This document shows, piece by piece, positions 19,230 through 27,378 of a DNA stretch of 64,000 nucleotides. Within the stretch, counting starts at the first letter, position 1; every line of letters starts with the position of its first letter. The notes under the pieces were generated by a model. That model made no database searches. It saw nothing but the letters and a program-made list of their open reading frames with translations, and was not told the origin of the DNA. The stretch comes from Candidatus Xenobia bacterium. GTDB taxonomy: Bacteria > Vulcanimicrobiota > Xenobia > Xenobiales > QWHO01. Where the stretch lies: contig BTUM01000003.1 in the NCBI GenBank assembly GCA_045863235.1, positions 96,001 through 160,000 of the forward strand, in the 5' to 3' direction. The translations under genes were made by a program, and so were the position numbers.

Positions 19230-20269
19230 GGCTGCTTGTCCCCCTCAGGATGGTCAGGACGGGTCAGATCGTGGGGATCTTCCCCCTCCTCGGTGGCCGC
19301 CTTCATGTCGGCCACGAAGGCCCGGGCCGCCTCGATAGCTGCCTTGCTGGCCTGCTTGCGAATCTGGGTCGGGGCGGCGTGGGTGTGCTCGTAGTAGAGG
19401 CGGGCCGCTTCCCCCACGGCCCAGGTGCCCGAGTAGGCCACCCCGGCTTTGAAGGCCCAGCCAGCTCCCGGCACGACCCCCACCAGTTCGCGGGCCAGGG
19501 CGCGCCACCCGAAGGCGCTGCCCACCACCGGCCAGAGCTCGCCGACCCGGTCAAAAAAGTCGATCGAGCGCCCGTACAGGGCCGCCATCAGCAAGCAGAG
19601 GCGAAGCTGCGAGGCGGTGATCACCAGCGTCTCGCCGGCCGTGGCCAGCAGGGTGATCAGAAAGCCCACCGCCGGGATGGACGAGGTCACGCTGGAAGCC
19701 GCCGCCAGCAGCGCGTTGCGAGCCGCCGTGCGACCCATCATGCGACGGGCGCACTCGAAGCGCACCCGGGGAAAGTCCCGGGCCAGGCGGATGGAGAGAT
19801 CGGGGAAAGCCTTCAAAACCAGGCGGCACAGCTGGGGCGATGCTTTGGATGCCTCCAACACGTGCACCGAGGGCAGGGTGGTATCGGGCCCGTCTGCACC
19901 TTCGGGTTTGGGCGTCTTCAGGCCCTCGCGCACCCACAGGCAGTTGACACCCAGCGGGATCTTCTCAGCGATGGCCCGCAGCTCCTCATCCGGGCGCTCC
20001 TCCGAGCCCAGGTGCACGATGGCCGAGCTGCATTCCTTGAGCGAGTCGTGATCGCTCTCCTGGAGAGGCAGGCGGAAGTAACGCACCTCCTCGGCGGGCG
20101 GATCTTGCCCGGCCTCCAGAGGCGCTCCCCCCAGCATGTGGCGCACCATTTCGGGATGCTCCCCCTCTCCGATCAGGGCCAGCAGATACTCCTGACCCAT
20201 GCCCTCCTGAATTTTGCTCAAGGAGTAACGCGCGCGATAAACCTGGTAAAGGATCTCGAAGGTGTTCAT
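19226..20269 (-). CDS. DUF697/YcjF-like protein
   Basis: C-terminal Q..L...MAALYG, FGWRALARELV and K.GVAYSGTWAVG pattern. Confidence 0.7.
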   Translation of the reverse strand: MNTFEILYQVYRARYSLSKIQEGMGQEYLLALIGEGEHPEMVRHMLGGAPLEAGQDPPAEEVRYFRLPLQESDHDSLKECSSAIVHLGSEERPDEELRAIAEKIPLGVNCLWVREGLKTPKPEGADGPDTTLPSVHVLEASKASPQLCRLVLKAFPDLSIRLARDFPRVRFECARRMMGRTAARNALLAAASSVTSSIPAVGFLITLLATAGETLVITASQLRLCLLMAALYGRSIDFFDRVGELWPVVGSAFGWRALARELVGVVPGAGWAFKAGVAYSGTWAVGEAARLYYEHTHAAPTQIRKQASKAAIEAARAFVADMKAATEEGEDPHDLTRPDHPEGDKQP

Positions 20270-20344
20270 CGGGGCAGATTTCCCGCTCTCTGGTCAGTAC
20301 CCTGCGCCCTCGAGCTGAAAGCCGCCAATGCTGGACCTGCACGA

Positions 20345-21214
20345 CTACCTTGCCTCCAGACAACCTTCCAGCGCCCGGCAGGCCTCCAGCAGGCGCTGGG
20401 CACAGACCCGGTGGACCGGATCATCGGAGTAATCCCCCGTGGGCCACTCGGGCGGAGCGTCCACCCCGTGCATGCGTCCGGCCAGCGTTTTCAGCCCCTG
20501 GGCCACCTGCGGCAGAAAACCCGTTGGGTCAGGCGCCTGCGAAAGGATGTAGAGATAGCGGAAGGCGCGCCGCTCGGCGATCATGAAGCGCTCGAACTCC
20601 TCCGGGCCCAACAGCTCTCCCTCCATGCGCGCCTCCGGGGCCAGCTTGCGCTGCTCGGAGAGGCTGGACACGATGCGGGCCTCGAGGGCCTCACTGGGAC
20701 CCGACTCGCGGGCCATCTCGGACAGATCTTCCAGCACCGCGGCGAGGGAGCGCCGCAGGCGGGTGCGAGCGTGGTCGGGCAGCACGAGCTGTGAGACGAT
20801 CAGCACCACCCCCAGGCCCAGCACGATCTGGAGCACTCGCTTGAGAGCAAAGAACAGGTCGCTGGTGGGCTCGAGGAGCACCATGACCAGGGTCACCGCC
20901 GCCATCACGCCCACGTAGCTCTGGTCGGGTCGGGCCGAGAGGGCGCCGAAGGCGAGCAGGGCGGGCAAGGAGCAGAGAAGTCCCCACTCGCGCTGCTGGG
21001 GGAACAGGGCCAGCAAGGCCATGGCTACGGCCGCTCCCAGCACGGTGCCCGAGAAGCGCTGCAGGGACTTTCGCACGATTCCGCCCGTGCGTGACTCGGT
21101 GCACAGCACCATGACCACGGTGATGACCACCCAGGTGCTCCCCTGCAGGTCGAGCGCGATCGAGAGCAGATAGCCGAGGGTGGACCCGACAGCGATGCGC
21201 AGGCCGGTGCTCAT
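20345..21214 (-). CDS. FUSC family (aromatic acid exporter-like) membrane protein
   Basis: W.VITVVMV, KSLQRFSGTVLG and R...IVLG motifs. Confidence 0.85.
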   Translation of the reverse strand: MSTGLRIAVGSTLGYLLSIALDLQGSTWVVITVVMVLCTESRTGGIVRKSLQRFSGTVLGAAVAMALLALFPQQREWGLLCSLPALLAFGALSARPDQSYVGVMAAVTLVMVLLEPTSDLFFALKRVLQIVLGLGVVLIVSQLVLPDHARTRLRRSLAAVLEDLSEMARESGPSEALEARIVSSLSEQRKLAPEARMEGELLGPEEFERFMIAERRAFRYLYILSQAPDPTGFLPQVAQGLKTLAGRMHGVDAPPEWPTGDYSDDPVHRVCAQRLLEACRALEGCLEAR

Positions 21215-21256
21215 GGCCGGGGGGGTTCGGCCCCGGGCTCAGCGAACCTCGCGGGC

Positions 21257-21736
21257 ATGGACGACAACAAGCGCCGCGACTTCATCCTGCATGTCATCCA
21301 GCCCGGCCTGGCCGGACTGATGGACGGTTCGGTCTCTTCCCTGGCCCCGCTCTTCGCGGCCGCCTTCTCCACCCAGGACAGCCGCACCACCTTCCTGGTG
21401 GGCCTGGCCACGGCCGTAGGGGCCGGCATCAGCATGGCCTTCTCGGAGGCCCTCTCCGACGACGGCAAGCTGAGCGGCCGCGGGAGCCCCTGGGTGCGGG
21501 GACTGGTCTGCGGAGGCATGACCTTCCTGGGCGCCGTGGGCCATACCCTGCCCTTCCTGCTCTCGGATTTCCGCACCGCCATGGTCGCCGCCATCACCGT
21601 GGTGGTGCTCGAGCTCTTGATCATCGCCTGGGTGCGCCACCGCTACATGGATACCCCGCTGGTCTCGGCCGCGCTGCAGATCATCCTGGGCGGGGTGATC
21701 GTGTTCGGAGCGGGGATCCTGATCGGGAGCAGCTGA
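21257..21736 (+). CDS. VIT1/CCC1 family iron transporter (MbfA C-terminal-like)
   Basis: IQPGLAGLMDGSVSSLAPLFAAAF and GAGISMAFSEALSDDG. Confidence 0.9.
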   Translation: MDDNKRRDFILHVIQPGLAGLMDGSVSSLAPLFAAAFSTQDSRTTFLVGLATAVGAGISMAFSEALSDDGKLSGRGSPWVRGLVCGGMTFLGAVGHTLPFLLSDFRTAMVAAITVVVLELLIIAWVRHRYMDTPLVSAALQIILGGVIVFGAGILIGSS

Positions 21737-21751
21737 GCGCAGGCCCCCAGC

Positions 21752-22516
21752 TCACCTGAGCTGGGAAGCCAGCCAGCGGAACAGGCCCAGCATGTCCAGG
21801 GCCGAGAGGACGACCACGCCCACCACCACCCGGTGCACCAGACGGGCGCCGTGCTTTTGGGCCACCCGGGCGGCCACCCAGGCGCCCGGCATGCTGCCCA
21901 GGCCCAGCACCACCCCCACCAGCCAGTCCACCTGGCCGTGGGCGACGAAGACCCACATCGACAGGGCCGTGAACCAGAGCACGATCCAGTTCTTGACCCC
22001 GTTGGCCCGCACCAGGTCGGTGCCCAATCCCAGCACCAGCCCCGCCAGGAGAAAGATGCCCACCCCCCCCTGGATGAACCCACCGTAAACCCCGATGGCA
22101 AAAAACAACAGCGCGTGGTACCAGCGCCAGGGACGCGGAGCGTGGGTGGTCCAGGCCCTGGGATTGAGCAACATGAAGGGCACCAGCAACAGCATCAGGA
22201 CCGCCAGGCTGAAGGTCAGGTGGCGCGCGTCCATGCGAGCGGCCAGCTCGGCTCCGCCAAAGGAGCCCAGGATGGCCCACAGAGTGGGCCAGAAGGCGCG
22301 GCCCAGCTCCAGATTGCCCTGGCGGCGGAAACTGTAGACCGCCACCACGTTCTGCATCAGCACCGAGATACGGTTGGTGCCGTTGGCCAGGTGCACGGGC
22401 ATGCCCAGCCAGAGCAAGAGCGGGAGCGTCAACAGCGAGCCGCTGCCGGCCAGCGTGTTCACGAAGCCGGCCATGAATCCCACGGCCACCAGCGCCGCCC
22501 AGTGAGCGAGGGTCAT
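21752..22516 (-). CDS. Sulfite exporter TauE/SafE family protein
   Basis: AGFVNTLAGSGSLLTLP, ANGTN and GVYGGFIQGGVG motifs. Confidence 0.9.
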   Translation of the reverse strand: MTLAHWAALVAVGFMAGFVNTLAGSGSLLTLPLLLWLGMPVHLANGTNRISVLMQNVVAVYSFRRQGNLELGRAFWPTLWAILGSFGGAELAARMDARHLTFSLAVLMLLLVPFMLLNPRAWTTHAPRPWRWYHALLFFAIGVYGGFIQGGVGIFLLAGLVLGLGTDLVRANGVKNWIVLWFTALSMWVFVAHGQVDWLVGVVLGLGSMPGAWVAARVAQKHGARLVHRVVVGVVVLSALDMLGLFRWLASQLR

Positions 22517-22543
22517 CTTGCAGGCCCCGTCGAAGGGGCCGCC

Positions 22544-23278
22544 ATGCTACGCCTGATCACCATGCCTCCCAGTCACTTCTCCGAAAAGGCCCGCTGGGCC
22601 CTGGACCGCTCCGGACTTCCCTACGTGGAGGAGCGCCACGCTCCCCTCTTCCACCGCTTCGCCCTCAAGTTGGTGGGGGCCCGCAACACCGTGCCCGCCC
22701 TGGTCACCGACAGCGGCACCCTGAGCGATTCGTGCGAGATCCTTCGCTACGTGGACGCCAACTCAGCCTTCAAGCTCTACCCCGAGGGAGAGCTGGGCCA
22801 AAAGGTGGGAGAGTTCGAGCAGGAAGTCAGCAGCAAGTTCGGACCGGCCATTCCGCGCTGGGCCTACTTCTACATCATCCCTCACCGCTCGCTGTACGTG
22901 CGTATGTGCTGCCAGGGAGCGCCCGGCAAGGAGCGACTGGCCTTCGGGATGATGGCTCCCATCATCGGGCTGGGCATGAAGAAGGGGCTGAACATCAACC
23001 GCGAGGCGGCGGACCGGGCCACCGCTCGCATCCAGGAGTATGTGGACAAGGTCAGCGAGATGCTCGCTGACGGCCGTCGGTACCTGTTTGGGGATCAGTT
23101 CACGGCCGCCGACCTGACCTGGGCCGCGCTGGCCGCTCCCCCCACGGGAGCGACCGGATTTCGAGGCAGCACCGCCACCGAAGCGGAAGTTCCGGCTGAG
23201 ATGCGCTCTCAGGCGGAGAAGTGGCGCGACACCCCGGCCGGGCAGTTCGTGCATCGGATGTACCGCGAGCACCGCTAG
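22544..23278 (+). CDS. Glutathione S-transferase family protein
   Basis: SHFSEKARWAL, TVPAL, DSCEI and YLFGDQFTAADL motifs. Confidence 0.9.
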   Translation: MLRLITMPPSHFSEKARWALDRSGLPYVEERHAPLFHRFALKLVGARNTVPALVTDSGTLSDSCEILRYVDANSAFKLYPEGELGQKVGEFEQEVSSKFGPAIPRWAYFYIIPHRSLYVRMCCQGAPGKERLAFGMMAPIIGLGMKKGLNINREAADRATARIQEYVDKVSEMLADGRRYLFGDQFTAADLTWAALAAPPTGATGFRGSTATEAEVPAEMRSQAEKWRDTPAGQFVHRMYREHR

Positions 23279-23365
23279 GGCGCCGCGCGTTGCCGCGGCG
23301 CCGCTCAACGGATTGTCTACACTCCCGCGCGTTCCAGTCCTGAACAGGTCAACGCGCGGGAGTGT
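23274..23365. repeat. Double-hairpin intergenic element, copy 1
   Basis: GGCGCCGCG/CGCGGCGCC stem, then ACACTCCCGCGCGTT-17nt-AACGCGCGGGAGTGT; direct-repeat copy at 25575..25684. Confidence 0.9.
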
Positions 23366-23394
23366 CACCCGGGTCGTCTTTTTGGGCCAGGTGG

Positions 23395-25419
23395 TCAGGG
23401 CGTCTTCGTTCTCAAGACGACCCCGCCCACCCGCAGTTGGCCCTCCTGCACCTCGAGCGCGCTGGCCGTTCCGGCCGAGCGCAGCAGGTCGTCCGGGCTG
23501 CGGCCCAGGGCCAGCGACTCCAGAGCCGAGCGCAGGGCGGCCGGGAAGGCATCCCCCGGGTAGGCCTGCTTGAGCTCGGTGAAAACTTCCGTGGCGCGCT
23601 CCTGGTGACCGTCCGGGGTCAGGTGCTCGAGCAAGAGCAGGAAGTCTTTGAGGTCTTGCTCGGTCTTGACCTGGGCGAAGACGGCCCGGGCCTGGGACGC
23701 CTGGCGGCTGGGCACCAGGCCCTCCACCAGCTTCAGGTAGCGCTCGGCGGCAGGGGCGGCCGCCTCCCCCGGGCCGGCGCCCGAGACCAGGGCGGCCAGA
23801 TCTGCTTCCGGCTTGACCCCTTCGTAACGACCCAGGCGCTCCACGGCCTGGCACAGGACGGCGGCATCCCAGCCCCGCAGCTCGGCCACCGTCATGGCCG
23901 GCACGTGCTCGGTGCCCCCGTTGAGGAGGGCCAGGTCGGCCACCTTCTTGTAGGCCGACAAGGTGCGCTCCAGGTCGTGCTCGGCCAGAAGCTTGTAGTC
24001 GCGCTCGACCGAGTAGGTCGAAATGGAGAAGCCGTCCAGCTTCTCGCTGGCCGCCAGGCGGGTCAGCAGTTCGACCCGACCGGCCACCTCGCTGGCATTC
24101 ATGGGCTTGTCCAGCAGGGCCAGCAGAGTGCGCGCGTCGCGCGCACCGGCGCGGCGCGCCAGCGTCTGGAAGTGTCGGCTGCGCTCGGGCAGAGGCAGAG
24201 CCCACAGCCCCTGGCTGTGCTTGGAGCTGTCCAGGAACTCCAGGCTCTCCGGGGCTTCGCTCTGGAAGCAACCCACCAGCTCGATGAGGGTGTCCACGCG
24301 ATCGGTCTTCTTCTGATCCAGAAGCTTGCCGAACTGGGCTGCCGCGAACTGGCCTGGCTGACCATTGGAGAGCGAGCGGGCGTGGGGAATCGAGGCCTCC
24401 ACCAGGCGCATCAGGTCTTTGACGTCGCAATCCGGACGCTGGGCCGTGGCCAGCACGCTGGCGGCATCCGTCCCGCTCAGCCGACCTGACTTGACCAGCG
24501 GAACCAGGATACGGTCAGCCAGCTCGCAGGCTGGCCGGGCCCTCTCCAAAGCCCCCTGAACCGCCTCGGCGCTGGCCTCATTCAAGCTCGCCACGGGGAT
24601 CTTCTGGTAGAAGAGGTTGACCTTGTTTCTGCCATGGAGCGCGTTGTAGGTCGCCTCCGCATCCTCGACCCAACCCTGCGCCTGCAGGTCGCGCAGCGAC
24701 TGGCCAAAATCGGCGTCGCTGAGCGAGCGCGGATCGTGGGTCACGTGGAAGAAGTCCGCCTTCTGGTAGTGGTCGGGCTTGTGGTTCCAGCCCCCCAGCC
24801 GGGTGGGCCCCTTCAGCTCGGTGCTGCGATAGCTCGCGGAGTGAGCCGCTTCGAAGGCCTCCAGGCGCGAGAGCTTCTTCTTGTCCTCGACCACCTCGTA
24901 GCCGTGGTCATACAGGTTGCGCAGGCTGTTCTCGGTGGGCCCGGTGGGATCGGCCCTGAAGTAGAGCGTGTCCAGGGCGGCCAGGGTGGCGATCGAGCGG
25001 ATCTTTGTCGGGCTCGACTCGCCCGGAGGCTGGCAGAGCAGGTTGTCGATCTGACGAGGGTTGGCCGTCACTTTGTCCAGGGCCTCGCCGGGCGTCAGAT
25101 CCTGGTAAGCGCTTCCGTTCCACTGGCGGCCCAACCAGCTGCGCTCGGCCAGAAACTTGCCCCCCTCGGCCTGCACCTGCTGAAGCTGGGCCAGCAGCCC
25201 CTTGCGCTGCTCGGCCGAGAGCACCACCCCGGTCGGCCCTGGAGTCTGCCTGGCCGAAAGAAATCCGGCCGTCGCCAGCGAGCTCCACAGCCAGGCCCTC
25301 GAGCTGGATCCGGTGCCGGACAGGCTGACCTGATCGCCGCTGGCGGGGCTGCTGGCCGTCGGCACGGCCGCCCGGGGGCGGCTGAAAGGCACGCAGTGAC
25401 TCAGAGGGGTGACCCGCAT
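23395..25419 (-). CDS. Large orphan helical protein with C-terminal VGGV tag
   Basis: 674-aa ORF; Ser/Pro-rich N-terminus with GDQVSLS; ends LEVQEGQLRVGGVVLRTKTP. Confidence 0.8.
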   Translation of the reverse strand: MRVTPLSHCVPFSRPRAAVPTASSPASGDQVSLSGTGSSSRAWLWSSLATAGFLSARQTPGPTGVVLSAEQRKGLLAQLQQVQAEGGKFLAERSWLGRQWNGSAYQDLTPGEALDKVTANPRQIDNLLCQPPGESSPTKIRSIATLAALDTLYFRADPTGPTENSLRNLYDHGYEVVEDKKKLSRLEAFEAAHSASYRSTELKGPTRLGGWNHKPDHYQKADFFHVTHDPRSLSDADFGQSLRDLQAQGWVEDAEATYNALHGRNKVNLFYQKIPVASLNEASAEAVQGALERARPACELADRILVPLVKSGRLSGTDAASVLATAQRPDCDVKDLMRLVEASIPHARSLSNGQPGQFAAAQFGKLLDQKKTDRVDTLIELVGCFQSEAPESLEFLDSSKHSQGLWALPLPERSRHFQTLARRAGARDARTLLALLDKPMNASEVAGRVELLTRLAASEKLDGFSISTYSVERDYKLLAEHDLERTLSAYKKVADLALLNGGTEHVPAMTVAELRGWDAAVLCQAVERLGRYEGVKPEADLAALVSGAGPGEAAAPAAERYLKLVEGLVPSRQASQARAVFAQVKTEQDLKDFLLLLEHLTPDGHQERATEVFTELKQAYPGDAFPAALRSALESLALGRSPDDLLRSAGTASALEVQEGQLRVGGVVLRTKTP

Positions 25420-25459
25420 GGGGCCAGCCTAGTCGCTCATGCTTAAGAATTCCTGATAG
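25420..25459 (-). promoter_or_regulatory. Tandem-heptamer promoter, leaderless
   Basis: Minus strand: CTATCAG-gaat-TCTTAAG-N10-TAGGCT-N6-ATG. Confidence 0.65.
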
Positions 25460-25574
25460 CCTTGCAACGTCGCGGTTCCGGATTGGAAGCCGCCCTGGAG
25501 GATCAGATTGCAGCCACCCGAATCCTCTGGCAGAGTGATGCAAAAGCTCTCAAAGAGGGCTTTTGCATCAGCCT

Positions 25575-25684
25575 GCTAAGGCGCCGCGCGTTGAACACTT
25601 CAGGAATGGGCGCGGCGCCGTTCAGCAGATTGTCTACACTCCCGCGCGTTCCAATTCTGAACAGGTCAACGCGCGGGAGTGTAG
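25575..25684. repeat. Double-hairpin intergenic element, copy 2
   Basis: GGCGCCGCGC-20nt-GCGCGGCGCC, then perfect 17-bp inverted repeat CTACACTCCCGCGCGTT-17nt-AACGCGCGGGAGTGTAG. Confidence 0.9.
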
Positions 25685-25703
25685 GACTCGCAGGAGGCAC
25701 TTC

Positions 25704-25790
25704 ATGCTCAAGCGCCAGGGCCAGCGCGGCAAAACATCCGCCGACAGTCGCATCGGCACCAGGACCCGGAGAGGCGAGAGCGAGCCCTGA
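25704..25790 (+). CDS. Possible 28-aa basic leader peptide/uORF
   Basis: AGGAGG SD 6 nt before ATG; MLKRQGQRGKTSADSRIGTRTRRGESEP; its TGA overlaps the CTG of the next gene. Confidence 0.35.
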   Translation: MLKRQGQRGKTSADSRIGTRTRRGESEP

Positions 25791-27328
25791 GGGCCCATTT
25801 CTGCCCCAGTTGCGGGGCCAGGCTGCGCCGTCCCACCAGCCGAGAGCTGACCTGCGAGTATTGCGAGACCGTGCTCTGGGTGGAACCAGAAGCGATTCAG
25901 GAGGCTCCCCGCCCGCTCGACCCGGAGCCCGAGGCCTATCCCGAGCCGCCCGCGCGGCTCTGGCAGCAGTCCACGCCGCGGGTGGAGGTCTCGCTGATCG
26001 AGCAGGAGGTCCCCGACAGCCCGCCGGAGGCCTTCCTCGCCGAGCCGCTGCCCGACGAGCTGCTGGCCCTCGTCTACCTGCGCCTGGTGGATGACGACAA
26101 CCGCCCGGTGCGGGACTGGCCGCTGCCCCTCGAGCCCGTGCTGGAGAGCCTGCGACTGCATCGCGACCCCGGTCTCGCTGCCAACGCCGGGCTGCAGTGG
26201 TTGTGTGACCAGCCCCGGGGTTTCCCGCACCGACTCGAGATCGTCGTGGCCCTCTTCGACCCCACCCGCGCGTCGCTCCTCAGCTATGGCGCTGGTTGTC
26301 ACGACGCGCTCATCTGGCTCGACTGCGAAAGCGCCAGCACGGTGACCCTGAGCGCTCGGCCGCAGGGCCTGGATCGCAAGGTTCTGCGGGGCCGTGGGGA
26401 GGCGTTCGAGAACTGTCGGGCCGTGCTACTCGGCCCGGGGGACGCGGTCGTGCTGCTCTCGGCTGGAGTCCTGGGACGGCAGGGCGGCTCCAGCGAGGCT
26501 GCCCACGCCGTCTTCGAGGTGCTGCGCGAGGTGAGCGGGGAAGACCCGCTGCGCGTGGTGACGCTCGTCAAGAAGGCCTACTGGGAGCACGGCCGCCGCC
26601 GGGACCCGGCGCTCGCCCCCGTCGGCCCCGTGCGCGTCGCCGCGCTGCAGCCCGTGGCTCCGGCCCTGGCCGCCCTGCCCCCGTCGCGGCTCGTGCAGTT
26701 CGGCACGGCGCGCTTCCAGCTCGACCTCTGGGCCAACCCCCTGGACGAGCTCGAGATCCTGCCCCTGCATGGAGAGCGCTGGGTTCTGGTGTGGCTCTCG
26801 GGGGACGGCCTGGAGATTGCGAACGAGACGTTGAGTACGGTCCGGGAACGGGTGCTCGAGGTCCTGGACCGACGCGACCACGGGGACAACGAGGACCCGC
26901 GCGTGGCCGGGCGACGAGCTCTGGAAGGGCTGAACCTGCGGCTCACCCTGGTGCTCCTCTCCGACCGCTACGGCCGCGCCCACTACTATCGGGCCGGCCT
27001 CCAGCCTCCGATCTACCTCTCCCCGCGGGGCAACGGCACCCGCGGGGGATCCCTGCAGAGCTACGACGAGGGCGGCAGCGCCACGCTCGATCCCGGCGCC
27101 CGGCTGTTCTTTTTGGGTCGGCTTCCCATCGCGCGCGAGGTGCACCATGCCGACGACCTGGCCGAGCAATGGCCGGGGGGCAAGACCTCGCGACTGTACG
27201 CCGGCCTGAGCGAGCACTGGAAGACTCCCCCCGGCGAACAGGCGCTCTCTCGCCTGGCCCAGGCGGCACTGTCGGACCGCCCCGGGGTCGCGCTCGAGGG
27301 CCTCGGGTTGGTCACCGGGAGGCCGTGA
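25787..27328 (+). CDS. Zinc ribbon plus two degenerate SpoIIE/PP2C-like domains (probable CTG start)
   Basis: In-frame extension upstream of GTG 25871 encodes FCPSCGA...TCEYCET; LLGPGDAVVLLSAGV and LDPGARLFFLG resemble SpoIIE LxxGDxLxLxTDG. Confidence 0.65.
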   Translation: MRAHFCPSCGARLRRPTSRELTCEYCETVLWVEPEAIQEAPRPLDPEPEAYPEPPARLWQQSTPRVEVSLIEQEVPDSPPEAFLAEPLPDELLALVYLRLVDDDNRPVRDWPLPLEPVLESLRLHRDPGLAANAGLQWLCDQPRGFPHRLEIVVALFDPTRASLLSYGAGCHDALIWLDCESASTVTLSARPQGLDRKVLRGRGEAFENCRAVLLGPGDAVVLLSAGVLGRQGGSSEAAHAVFEVLREVSGEDPLRVVTLVKKAYWEHGRRRDPALAPVGPVRVAALQPVAPALAALPPSRLVQFGTARFQLDLWANPLDELEILPLHGERWVLVWLSGDGLEIANETLSTVRERVLEVLDRRDHGDNEDPRVAGRRALEGLNLRLTLVLLSDRYGRAHYYRAGLQPPIYLSPRGNGTRGGSLQSYDEGGSATLDPGARLFFLGRLPIAREVHHADDLAEQWPGGKTSRLYAGLSEHWKTPPGEQALSRLAQAALSDRPGVALEGLGLVTGRP

Positions 27329-27378
27329 GCTCCGTCCATGTCCGTACGGGCCCTGACCCGAGCACGCCCTCTGAGCTG

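Noticed and set aside
23274..25684. Integron cassette with attC sites
   Set aside because: A GTTRRRY occurs in only one copy (the other has GCTGAAC), there is no matching RYYYAAC end, and no integrase is present.
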